Origin: Octopus sinensis | Lineage: Eukaryota | Length of the DNA: 64,000 bases | NCBI RefSeq assembly: GCF_006345805.1 | Contig: NC_043004.1 | Span: 69,378,001 to 69,442,000 of the forward strand | Direction of reading: 5' to 3' | In this document: piece by piece, positions 1 to 11,964 of the stretch | How the letters are laid out: the number at the start of each line of letters is the position of its first letter | Position numbering within the stretch: the first letter of the stretch is position 1 | Notes under the pieces: model-generated | Seen by the model: the letters and a program-made list of their open reading frames with translations, nothing else | Database searches by the model: none | What the model was told of the DNA's origin: nothing | Translations under genes and position numbers: made by a program

Positions 1-88
1 ATCAGTTAAACCGTCTGACCCATGCCAGCAAGGAAAATGGATACTAAATAATAATGACGATGTATGTATATATCTATCTATATTTATA

Positions 89-497
89 GGCGCAGGAGTG
101 GCTGTGTGGTAAGTAGCTTGCTAACCAACCACATGGTTCCGGGTTCAGTCCCACTGCGTGGCATCTTGGGCAAGTGTCTTCTGCTATAGCCCCGGGCCAA
201 CCAATGCCTTGTGAGTGGATTTTGTAGACGGAAACTGAAAGAAGCCTGTCGTATATATGTATATTATATATATATAAGTGTGTGTGTTATGTTTGGTGTC
301 TGTGTGTCCCCCTAGCATTGCTTGACAACCGATGCTGGTGTGTTTACGTCCCCGTAACTTAGCGGTTCGGCAAAAGAAGAGACCGATTAGAATAAGTACT
401 GGGCTTACAAGAATAGTCCTGGGGTCGATTTGCACGACTAAAGGCGGTGCTCCAGCATGGCCGCAGTCAAATGACTGAAACAAGTAAAAGAGTGTAA
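89..497 (+). mobile_element. tRNA-derived SINE family A, full length
   Basis: Head GGCGCAGGAGTGGCTGTGTGGTAAG...GGTTCAGTCCC has A-box/B-box-like motifs. It is followed by a central TA/TG microsatellite, a conserved body and the tail ...CAGTCAAATGACTGAAACAAGTAAAAGAG. The same sequence recurs about 30 times in the window. Confidence 0.92.
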
Positions 498-1337
498 AGC
501 GTATATATATGTATGACAGTCTTCCACACAGTCTCTTGTATGCCCAATTCATTCATAAAGTATTAGTTGGCCTGGGGCTATAGAAGAAAAGACTTGTTCA
601 AGGTGCTGCAAAGTGGGATTGAATCCAAAACCTTGTGGTTGGCTGCAAAGCAAGCTCTTTAACCACACCCACCCATCATCTCCATCACAAACGTCAATGT
701 TCAGCAACATCTTCATCTCCATAATCTCACGAAACTACTTCCATTCTGCCCTATGAAATATAAACTCCATTGTAAAGACCCAATATTTAAATAATTCTTA
801 ATATGATCCCTCAAAAAAAGAAACTTGAAAAAAATATCCAACAAAAGAAATAGGGCAAAGAAGAAAAAAAAAATGCTTGTTGGATTCTAAGTGTTTGTAG
901 AAGATTTATAATTGTTTATTTATAAAACCCTAAAATTAAATTTAGCCAACATATTGGATTGCAATGTTTTCTAATTGTTTTTTTATTTTCTTTATTATTT
1001 TTCTCTTATTTTATTTGTGTGTATTCCAGTCATCTATTATTACTTATTCATAATTTCATACCTCCCACTGATGTGATTTCAGCCCTGCTTTATAAGAGTT
1101 TATTGACATACTTATAAGATTCTAAATTTAATATAAAGTGACATTAAAAGCCATTTCAGAAACCAACCAGCCTTATCTGTTTTTGAAATTTTATCTAATA
1201 CTCCGTCTTTTTTTTTTTTTTTTTTTTTTTTTTCACTTTTTTTCCAAATTCTAATCAAGAAATAGGTCTTTTATTTTTTTTATGTTTGTTTATGGTGTTT
1301 TTCTTTATTATCATTCTTCTTATTATTATTTTTATTA

Positions 1338-1570
1338 TTGAAGGTAGCAAACTGGTAAAAGTGTTAGCATGCTGGGCAAAATACTTAGCGGTATCTCGCC
1401 TGTTCCAACGTTCTGATTTCAAATTCTGTCAAGGTCAACTTTGCCTTTCATCCTTTTAGAGTCAATAAATTAAGTACCAGTTATGCACTGGGGTCGATAT
1501 AATTGACTGGTCCACTCCCCCAATATTTCAGGCCTTGTGCCTACAGTAGAAAGGATTATTATTATTATTG
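1338..1570 (+). mobile_element. SINE family B with (ATT)n tail
   Basis: Conserved core GTCAACTTTGCCTTTCATCCTTTT-GGGTCGATAAATTAAGTACCAGTT and an (ATT)n tail. Further copies or fragments near 1945-2290, 39060-39400 and 42790-42960. Confidence 0.85.
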
Positions 1571-1574
1571 AGAG

Positions 1575-1940
1575 AGCAGTGCATGCCATCATAGTGACAC
1601 TGGGGTAAAATAAACGAAGCCCAGTATACCCATCATGACTACTTGTCACATGCATCATGTCCATGGGGCCCAGTTAGAATTTTCTTCAGGTCGAGTAGCC
1701 GATTCTGCTCAAATGCTCCTTGAATAAGGGTTGTTTAAGGATGCTGAATGAAACATCCATGTTTCCAAAGGTGAATTATTCAAACTCCAAAGACTTCTGC
1801 TCAACACATGGCTGTGATGCTCCCCCACTACCTCTGCTCATGATCAGAGATGTACATATCGTCTATCACCAAAGGACATGTTCAACTGGTTATGGTCAAA
1901 CAACTGACAAGCAAGTCTGTGATATTGAGCAGAATAATTA
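1575..1940. repeat. Unclassified interspersed repeat, second copy at about 40235-40580
   Basis: GGGGCCCAGTTA-AATTTTCTTCAGGTCGAGTAGC...GGTCAAACAACTGACAAGCAA-TCTGTG-TATTGAGCAGAATA is shared by both loci. Confidence 0.75.
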
Positions 1941-2963
1941 TTATTAAGGTGGTGAGCTGGCAGAATCTCACCGCCTTAAGTTTGGCTGAATTGGAATTCT
2001 GAATGTAAAGACAGACAAAATGGTGCTAAGCATTTTGCCTGGTGTGCTAATAACTATTCCAGTTCACTGCCTTATTATATTGAGATAAGAAGAAGGCAAG
2101 CTGGCAGAATCATTATCATGCTTCACAAAATGGTATTTCTTTAGGTTCTGAGTTCAAATTCCACCAAGGTTGACTTTGCCTTTCATCTTTTCGGTGGGTT
2201 GATAATATAAGTACCTGTTAACCAGTTGAGTTGAAGTGACTTTTTCTCCCATCAGAATGGCTGGCTCTGTACCAAAATTAGAAAGAATTATTATTATATT
2301 CATCTCTATTTTTTATATGCATCTCAGTGGCAATGCCCCAGCATGGCCATAGCCTCAAGGCTAAAACATATATAAAAGAATATAGAACAATTTTGTATCT
2401 CAGGAGGGTCATTATGCTTTCCAAGATAGAACGAAAAATATTTCAACATAGAAGTTCACCTCAAGAATTTCACAAAACAAAAAGGAAAAGAAAGTGTCTG
2501 TGGTGGTGGTGGTGGTGGGAGGCATTCAGTTAGAAGCCATGACAATGAATAATTTTGAAACTGAATAAAACTTTGTTTTCCATCTTCCTCTGTAACAACC
2601 AAATCCATTCACTTGAGTTAATGTTTTGACTCAATTACAAGAATTCTCTTTCAGAAGAGAAGTAGGTTACTTCATGGACAGTGTTAATAAATTCAGCTTT
2701 TGTTGTTGAAACTAAAGGAATGTTTAAAATTAAGGCAATAATAATTACAGCAATGCTTTACCCGTAGCTGTGCTAACATAATTAGTTTCTGGTCTTTCAC
2801 AGTTGTCTTTTGATTCTGGTGGTGTTGTTTAGCCCCAGGTTACCCTTGACTGAGCAGACCTGTGATCAAAAGGCATTTCACTTATGACTATCCTGTCCCT
2901 TGCTCAGACATTGCTTTTGTTAGTCTACATCAGCACTTGTCAAACTGGGGTACACGTTAATTT

Positions 2964-3338
2964 TTTTACTTGTTTCAGTCCTTTGACTGCAGCCATGCTG
3001 GAGCATCGCCTTTAGTCGAACAAATCGACCCCAAGACTTATTCGTTGTAAGCCTAGTACTTTTACTATCAGTTACTTTTGCCGAACCGCTAAGTTACATG
3101 GACATAAACACATCAACATCGGTGTCAAGCAATGGTGGGAGGACAAACAAAATCATATATATATATACACACACACACAATGGGCTTCTTTCAGTTTCCG
3201 TCTACCAAATCCACTGACAAGGCTTTGGTCAGCCCAAGGCTATAATAGAAGGCACTTGCTCAAGGTGTCATGCAATGAGACTGAACCCAGAACCATGTGA
3301 TTGGGAATCAAGCTACTTACCACACAGCCACTCCTGCG
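2964..3338 (-). mobile_element. SINE family A, full length
   Basis: Reverse complement of the 89-497 element, from tail to head. Confidence 0.88.
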
Positions 3339-3444
3339 TACTTCTAAGTATCATCGTCATCATCATTGTTTAATATCTGTTTTCTTTGCTGGTATGGTGT
3401 AGAAATATGTTTCTCCGTGATGCAAAGTAGGAGTATAATTAGAG

Positions 3445-3848
3445 GTCAGTTTGGCTACGTTATCAAAGAAGCTTGAGAGGCGGTTGGATGGAACCTACAC
3501 TCGCCTCCTTATGAGACCTCAAAATCTCTCGTGGAAGCGTCATCCAACCAAAATGCAAATATATGGGAAACTACCACCTGTGTCACCTTTTGTGAAAGGT
3601 AGGAGAGTCCAGTTTGCTGGACATTGTTGTAGAGCTGGAAAAGAGGTAATTTCTACTCTTCTCCTCTGGAAGCCATCTACTCGCAATACCAGAGGGCGCA
3701 CACTCTCCTACCCTGATGTAATCTCCAGGGATACAGGCACCCAGCAACAGGACCTCCGTGATGCCATGATGGACCGTGAAGTCTGGCGTAGCATGGTAAA
3801 TTCCATTGTCTCGACCACGGTCGAACAACAATGATGATGATGATGACT
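3445..3848 (+). mobile_element. 5'-truncated RTE-type LINE, C-terminus of the reverse transcriptase ORF, (ATG)n tail
   Basis: ORF 3451-3834 reads RRLDGTYTRLL...SWKRHPT...RRVQFAGHCCRA...LLLW...DREVWR, a typical post-RT C-terminal region of RTE-like non-LTR elements. It is stop-free and ends directly in ATGATGATGATG. Confidence 0.88.
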
Positions 3849-3904
3849 GTTTCTAACAGGTTGAGTGACAACATACAAGTTTCTCTGTTGAAATTATTGT
3901 TGTT

Positions 3905-4270
3905 ACTGTTCAAGTCTTACTTAAGCCCTTCACTCCCTTTGGAACATAGGCCATCAATGTTTTTTCTTCCCTGTTCTGAACTCTGGGCTGTATATTTCCC
4001 TGAGAGAAGGCTTTCATCTTCTAGGTCTTGTTGGTTTTGAATTGTCATCAATGCTTCTGTAACTTTGCTTTTGTTTTCACTAATTAGAGGTGTTAGCCCT
4101 ATGCAAACCTGTTTTTACTTATGGGAAGAGCTAGTCCATATTAGTCTGGTCTATATCCTTTGACCTGTCCAGTAGGAGAGGCCCTACCAAGTGCTTGTGC
4201 TCTACTGACATATCTCTCAGGCTTATCGAGGTGCTCAAGCTACCACACTGCAAAAAGGGTTGGCCCTTGT
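3905..4270 (-). mobile_element. Probable internally deleted RTE-like non-autonomous retroelement
   Basis: CCTTTGACCTGTCCAGTAGGAGAGGCCCTACCAAG...CTCTCAGGCTTATCGAGGTGCTCAAGC resembles, from memory, reverse-strand RTE 5' UTR sequence. Not verified by alignment. Confidence 0.3.
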
Positions 4271-4364
4271 GATTTGTTCCACTCTAAAATTCCTATTAAT
4301 TTGTGTAGAGATAAGACTGAACACCAGACTCTTTACCATTATCCTACATCCATATTTTCTTATA

Positions 4365-4552
4365 AATGCTGGTGCCATGTAAAAAGCATCCAGTACACTC
4401 TGTAAAGTGGTTGGCATTGGGAAGGGCATCCAGCTGTAGAAACCAAGCCAAAATAGACAATTGGAGTCTGGTGCAGCTCTCTGACTTGCTAGCTCCTGTC
4501 AAACCATCCAACCCATGCCAGCTTAGAAAATGGACATTAAATGATGATGAAA
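4365..4552 (+). mobile_element. SINE-like family C, (GAT)n-tailed
   Basis: GTGGTTGGCATTGGGAAGGGCATCCAGCTGTAGAAAC...CCATGCCAGC...AAATGGACATTAAATGATGATG. Other copies: 1-60, 7945-8150(-), 10400-10720(-), 25920-26080(+), 27645-27770(-), 36460-36730(-), 53390-53550(+), 53890-54010(-). Confidence 0.85.
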
Positions 4553-4784
4553 AGGAAGTGACCCAATTCACTTTGAATTATTTTTGTATATTAACTTACC
4601 TCACTGGGATTTTTATTTATTTATTTTTCACTTAAAATATACTTTGTTTGACCCTTTTGATACCAATCTACCTGAGACCATTCCGAGTTCTATGATGCTA
4701 ACTTCCTGCTTAGAATGGTTTCAATTAAAACCATCCATCAGAATTTCTTGTTCATTTATGTTCCTGACACCAGCTTAATAACAA

Positions 4785-5128
4785 TTTCTAATTTTGGCAC
4801 AAGGCCAAATAAGTGCTTGAGTGGTACTTATTTTATTGACCCTGAAAGGACGAAAAGCAAGATCAACCTTGGCAGAATATGAACTCAAAACGTAAAGACT
4901 GATGATAGGCCACTAAACATTTTGCCTGGCATACTCTTTTACTCTTTTACTTGTTTCAGTCATTTGACTGCGGCCATGCTGGAGCACTGCCTTTAGTCGA
5001 TCAAATCGACCCCGGGTCTTATTCTTTGTAAGCCCAGTACTTATTCTATCGGTCTCTTTTGCCGAACCGCTAAGTGACGGGGACGTAAACACACCAGCAT
5101 CAGTTGTCAAGCAATGCTAGGGGGACAA

Positions 5129-5179
<51 letters not shown>

Positions 5180-5385
5180 CATATATACGACAGGCTTCTT
5201 TCAGTTTCCGTCTACCAAATCCACTCACAAGGCTTTGGTCGGCCCGAGGCTATAGTAGAAGACACTTGCCCAAGATGCCACACAGTGGGACTGAACCCGG
5301 AACCATGTGGTTGGTTAGCAAGCTACTTACCACACAGCCTCTCCTGCGCCTGGCATGCTAACAATTCTGCCAGTTCGCCGCCTTG
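4785..5385 (-). mobile_element. SINE family B interrupted by a full-length family A copy (4933-5350)
   Basis: Family B sequence stops at GCCTGGCAT (4924-4932) and resumes at GCCTGGCAT (5348-5356), consistent with a target-site duplication around the A copy. Confidence 0.85.
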
Positions 5386-5516
5386 CGCACCAGATTAGTA
5401 ATGACTACTTTTACTAAAATATCTATTTATGAATCTATTGAAACAAAAGCAGTATGTTTCAACAGAAATATGGTAACCAAAGGATTAAGGCACCGACAGA
5501 ATTTTCTTGTTCATTT

Positions 5517-5830
5517 TAACCCTTTGATATTCGGATTATTTTTTCAAATGTAATGCTTATTCATCCCATTGTCTTAAAGTAACCAGACATTATCTCATGG
5601 CTTAGAGATTTCAATGATGTGATTACTCTCTCTTTTACTCTCTTACTTGTTTCAGTCATTTGACTGCGACCATGCTGGAGCACTGCCTTTAGTCGATCAA
5701 ATCGACCCTGGGACTTATTCTTTGTAAGCCCAGTACTTATTCTATCGGTCTCTTTTGCCGAACCGCTAAGTGACGGGGACGTAAACACACCAGCATCGGT
5801 TGTCAAGCAATGCTAGGGGGACAAACACAG

Positions 5831-5902
<72 letters not shown>

Positions 5903-6200
5903 TATATACATACATACATACATACACATATGCGACAGGCTTCTTTCAGTTTCCGTCTACCAAATCCACTCACAAGGCATTGGTCGGACCAGGGCTATAG
6001 CAGAAGACACTTGCCCAAGATGCCACGCTGTGGGACTGAACGCGGAACCATGTGGTTGGTTAGCAAGCTACTTACCACACAGCCACTCCTTTATTGACAT
6101 TGTAGGGCAGGTGTAAGAGGCTAGATCTGACTGGTTTGAACATAAAGCAGGTGAAATATTTAGGTCAGGTATGGCCAGGTTAAGTGCTAAAGAGTTAAGA
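5517..6200. mobile_element. piggyBac-type MITE interrupted by SINE family A (5626-6090, minus)
   Basis: Starts TTAACCCTTTGATATTC and ends GTGCTAAAGAGTTAA. The internal sequence is the reverse complement of the elements at 56272-56458, 57220-57440 and 63404-63977. Confidence 0.7.
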
Positions 6201-8419
6201 ATATCTTGTACTAATCCAACTAAACTTTGGACAGGTTTTCAGAGAATTCCTCTTTAATAACAAATATCTTTAATTTAAATTCTACATTAAAGTGAACAGA
6301 GCTCTCTTTGATTATTTTGTTTTGGTTTTGTTTTTTGTGCACTTATAGATACAGTATTCAAGTGAAAGACTGACCGATTCTTTTCTAATTTCTCATCATG
6401 GCTACATAATCATAAATTTCCTGTTAAACGGAATCTATTTAATTGCCAAGGTTATTTATTGAACAAATCTTTCCAGAAGAGCAATTAACAACAATTGCTA
6501 GTTTAAAAAAAAGGAAAATTTTCAAACTTAACTTAAGTCAGAATTTCCATTGTTGTTCAGCATCTATAATTTCTTAAATGGATTTTCTTACTTAAAAAAA
6601 ACCCAAAAAACTTGGAAATCATTTTTTTTCTTTCCTCAAAGAAACATGGAAAAGAAGGACGAGAAGGAAGCATTAGCAAAATTAAAACTAATTTAAGTAC
6701 TTTATTACAAGTGAAGGTATGGATATTTTCATGAAACAAGTAGTTGCTAGTTCAAAGGATAACTAATCTATCTCCTTGAAATTGTCTTAAGCTGTCTTTG
6801 AAATTCAAATGATTAATGTTCTGAAATTCTTGCTACATAATATTGGCAATATATAATTGTGTATATTAACCCTTCTATGAGCATATTTCTTACAAGAATG
6901 CAGTTTGCTTTTTGTCTTAAGTTTCTAAAATAATCTAGAATCTAGAATTATGGGTGGTTTTGTGAAAGAATGAACTTAATAAATGAATGCTTTTTTTTTT
7001 AACATTTTAGAATTTCCTCTAATCTTTCTTGTAAGTATGATATCTCAATCTAAGATTTGGATTTAAGTTTCAACATTTAATAGACTCTCGCTTCAGTAGG
7101 GTGGGTTTGGTGTTAACAGAGAAATGTACTGCATTTGTTTCAATAAATTTTGAAAATTATCAGGAATTTAGTAAAATAAGTTTATCATTATTAAGCTGGC
7201 TTTTGGAATATGAATAAACATGAAGTTTTGATGGCAGGTTTTAATTTAGATCACTTTAGAAGCAGGAAGTTTTATATCTTAGAACCAGGGGTAATCTTAA
7301 GGAGGTTGGTATCAAAGGAGTTAATATTTTTCTCTTGTATTCTGTTTGTAAGATTTACTTTGCTTTGATAATTCAGATGTTCTTTAGCTTCTTATCTGAC
7401 ATGATTTCTAGGTAGGAGTTAGATGTGAAGGGGTGAAGCAAGAGAGAGAGAGGTGAGGAGGGAAGAGAAGAAGCCATTTTGTTTCAGTGATATTAGATCT
7501 ACAGTCTAACTTCATTACCATTTCTGACCATCTTAACCTCAACAAAGGAGCTTCAATGTGTTTGCTTGACTTGCTACCACAGGCAGCTAAATCTATCTCA
7601 AATTACCATACCATCGTAAACTACATGCTGGATAATGAAAATTGAGATATACTATACCTAATAAATATGAGATAATCTTAGCTGGAATAGCTATGATCAT
7701 AGGCCTGCTTAATCAGAATTGGCTTTTGAAATACATCCAAGTTTCTTTTTTGGCCATGTTATTAAATGTTCAAGACAATGTTCTTCAACCTTTTAAATCA
7801 TTTTGATGCAAACCTGTCTGAGACTGCTCTCAATTTTATGAATCAAACTTCCTGTTTTAAATTGAAAACTTCCATAAAAATTTTATGTTAATTTGTGTTC
7901 CAAACGCCAAATTTATAATTACATGGTTAGGTTATCATCATCATCATCATCATTTAACGTCTGTTTTTCATGCTGGCATGGGTTGGACAGTTTGACTGGG
8001 GCCTGGCAAGCCAGTAGGCTGCATCAGGCTCTAATCTGATCTGGCATGGTTTCTACAGCTGGATGTCCTTCCTAACGCCAACTACTCTGAGAATGTAGTG
8101 GGTGCTTTCTATGTGCCACCAGCACGGGAGCCAGTCAGGGGGCACTGGCATAAATTATTTTTTCATTGATTTCAAAATTAGCTGAAACTAAGGTAGTGCA
8201 TATCAACAGGAATATGATAACAAAAAGACTGAGATTAGCAATATATTTATGTCTCCCTAAAACTTGTGACACAGTTTATTTTCCCAGAAATGAAATTAGG
8301 ACACAGATTCACTGAAGATAGAGATGCACATTTCATTTACTTAAATACAGTGATAACACGTATAAAATATCCATTTAAAAAAAAATCATTTATCATACAC
8401 CATACACACACACACACAC

Positions 8420-8654
8420 ACACATACATATATATGTATGTGTGTCTGTTTCCCCCCCCACACACACACACACACCGCTTGACAACCGATGCTGGTGTGT
8501 TTATGTCCCCGTAACTTAGCGGTTCGGCAAAAGAGGCTGATAGAATAAGTACTAGGCTTACAAAGAATAAGTCCTGGGGTCGAGTTGCTTGACTAAAGGC
8601 GGTGCTCCAGCATGGCTACAGTCAAATGACTGAAACAAGTAAAAGAGTAAAAGA
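8420..8654 (+). mobile_element. SINE family A, 3' half
   Basis: Body and tail ...CAAATGACTGAAACAAGTAAAAGAGTAAAAGAG. Confidence 0.85.
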
Positions 8655-10909
8655 GGTTGTAGAAGTACAACCAATTTATTGCAGATAAAATCTTGACAAA
8701 ATCTTGTACGGACCCCCAAGAGCTGTATGGACCCCAGGTGGGAAACAACTGCTATAGAATATATCAACTTTAACAAGTGTAGTACATCTTTGCCTCCCTC
8801 TCTCCCTCTCCCTCCCGCTCCCGCTCTCTCTCTCCCTCCCTCTCTCCCTCTATGTTATCAGAGATACAACAGGGGGAGCAGCTTCAAACATGCAAATCAG
8901 TCTCAAATTGCAAATAATTTGATGAATGTAGATTAAGAAAGACAATATACAATTTGATTTGCTGTCACTTTTTTTTTCTTTTCTTTGTTTGTTTTCTTTT
9001 CCTGCTTTTTATGCTTGTGTTTTGTGCGAGTGATAGCGTCTGAGTGGGCATCACTGAGGAGAAATACTGTAACACTGTTCAGAAGTGATTGATAACAGTC
9101 ATTCCACTTCCAAGATGTAGTTAGGAAATCCAATAAGTCAGTGCTGAGACAATCTAGTGTTTTGGTAAAGACAAAATGAACATAACAATGGACTTGATTA
9201 GTGTTCTTTGGATTTCTTTCTCTGACCAATTTCGGATTTTAAAAGAAAAGAATTTTGGCTTGGCTATATAAAAAAAATTACTTGTGCCATTGATTGTTGT
9301 TGTTTAACAGCTATGCCACCCTTGATCAAAGACATTCCATTTGTGACCAACCTGCCTTATTTATTTATTTTTTGATTTTTATTTATTTAAAAAAAATTTA
9401 TTTTTCTGTTTTCTGACGTAAGTGCAAGCACGGTTGCATAGTTAAGGTGTTTTCTTTGCAACCATGAACAGCTTCAGGGTAAGTCCACCTCTCGTGTGAC
9501 ATCTTTGGTACCGTGATTTGGAGGGAATTGGGGTGGGGAAAGAAAAACAAAATTAAAATGCTGATGTCAGCATAGTAGGAGCTCTAGTCTACTGACTGAT
9601 CTGTTGCCCCTAGTCTTTTTAGGGGTGAAATCTGAAAGGATTGCGAACACTTCAGATTAAAACATATGTTGCTGTGATCATAAGTGCAACCAGCAGAAAC
9701 GGTTTTCAGGCATACTAAATTTTCCTGGCCAGCAATAAATATTTTGACTTGCTTACCCCAACTGCAAGGCTTTTTAAAATCCTCTCAAATTCTCTCCCTG
9801 GTGATCAGATCAATCAGTAGATCTGAACTCCTACTATCATGGCACCAGCATTTTCAATTTTTTTTTTGTCCCAATCCCCCCCACAAACCATAGAATGCAT
9901 CCTCTACAGTTTCTTTGGGCTAAACAATACTTTGTGAATAAACTGGTAGACAGAAACTCCATGGAAACCCAGTGTGTATGTGTGAGTGAGTGTCTTTGTT
10001 GCTCAAAGGTAAGTACCTGGTTTACTATGACACCATTTGAGCAGAAGACATTGTTTATATCTCTGGTGTACAGTTCATCGCCAAAGCTTGGCAGTTTCAT
10101 CAGTTGCAGCATGTGAAGAGTATCCTCCTCCTCTTCATCACTATCATTGTCTTAATGTCCATTTTCCCATTCTTGCATGGGCTGGATGGAGTTTATTGAG
10201 GCAAATTTTCCACAACCGGATGCCTTTCCTGCCATCAACCTGTTTCCAAGCAAGGTAATATTTGCCCCTGGGAATATATATTCTCACTTGAATATTGGAA
10301 AAATATGATATTCATTTACAACAGTCGCATGCTTTCAAGCAAGGAGGACACAAACGCACACACTTAAGTGTGTGCGTATGTATATATGTATATATATAAA
10401 TCATCATCATCATCATCATTTAGCGTCCGTTTTCCATGCTAGCTTCATCAGGCCCAGTCAAATCTGGCAGTGTTTCTACGGCTGGATGCCCTTCCTAACG
10501 CCAACCACTCCGTGAGTGTAGTGGGTGCTTTTTACGTGCCACCCGCACTGGTGCCAGACAGAGCTGGCAAACGGCCACGAACGGATGGTGCTTTTTATGT
10601 GCCACCGGCACGAGGGCCAGGCGAGGCTGGCAACGGACACGAAACGGGGCGGTGCTGGCAACGGTCGCGAAACGGAAAGTTCTCTTACATGCCACCGGCA
10701 CTGGTAACACATCTGCAATTTCCATTGATCGATTTCGATTATATATATATATATATGTATGTATAATTAAATAATAAGGGTAGAAATTGATGTTAATCAA
10801 TTAAAAAAACCAGTGGCTTAGTATATTTAAAAATCCGAAGATTAAAAAATTGTTACATACAAAAGTGGACACCCTATATGCTAAACATAGACATCTTATC
10901 TTAGGATTT

Positions 10910-10943
<34 letters not shown>

Positions 10944-10944
<1 letters not shown>

Positions 10945-11180
10945 TTTATTATTAAAGCTGCAAAAATATCACAGAAATCTGCTCCTCAGTTTCATGCTCC
11001 CATTCATCCGGCAGTTGTGATCCCAACTGCCGGATGAACGGGAGCATGAAACTCCGAGTAGCAGATTTTTGTGATATTTTTGCAGCTTTGATATTAAAGC
11101 ATGATACCATTTTATTATGGTATTTGAGTACTATTTTTTTTTTTCCACTTTGTTTCACATTTATGTGCTTACTCGGATGT
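10944..11180. mobile_element. Fold-back repeat with HHR-like motif (Penelope-like terminal repeat remnant)
   Basis: Arms 10944-11017 and 11024-11099 flank a 6-nt loop. Plus arm: CTGC-CGGATGA-ACGGGAGCAT-GAAAC-TCCGA-GTA-GCAG. A related fragment lies at 60127-60258 (minus). Confidence 0.7.
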
Positions 11181-11827
11181 GTGTGTGTGTGTGTGTGTGT
11201 GAGGGGGGGGGCTTCTCCCAGTTTCTGAATCCACTCACAAGGCTTTGGTTGAATAAAAATGTTACTTGAACAATAAGGGTTGGCAACAGTAGAGGCATCC
11301 AACTGCAGAATACAGTTTCCATAACAACGCTTGTCCAGCTGGCAGATATAAAACGGCATTCATGAGGATTTAGGGTTTCTGGCACAGGCACAAAGCGACA
11401 TATTTGGGGTGAGTCGCAGAGAGGATTAAATTTTTACCCCCACCCCACCCACCCCCACTCCATCCCTGCCACCTCCACCATTTGACTTACACATATTTTA
11501 TCGATCCAAGTAGATTAAAAGTAGACAGTCAACTTTAACAGAAATTAATCACAGACTATGAAGTGTTGGAAGCGAAATACTTGAAGGTATTTCTCTCTGC
11601 AGCCACTTTACTGCTTCTGCCAACGTACCAGTCTATATAATATGATGTTATTCTACATTTACAATGGCTGGAGTGCCTCATTAAAGCCGAGTGTTAGTTA
11701 TAAGTGTGATACTGTAAGGCTGTAAATCATTGACGAGTGATTCTTTTCGACCATTCAGCCCGACTTTAAGAGGGTTAGATCTTTGTGCAGAAAACGAGCA
11801 TACTGCTTGCCAGTTAATTTGGTGCTT

Positions 11828-11891
<64 letters not shown>

Positions 11892-11932
11892 GTATGTATG
11901 GAAAATGGATGCAAAATGATGATGGTATATCT

Positions 11933-11964
<32 letters not shown>

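Noticed and set aside
89-170. tRNA-like heads of the SINE families as real tRNA genes
   Set aside because: No complete cloverleaf or acceptor stem, and each runs directly into a repeat body.
184-552. Recurrent ORFs such as MSSNARGTN..., MTTDAGVFTSP... and MLGGQTH...
   Set aside because: Chance reading frames of SINE family A, repeated at each copy, with no protein motif.
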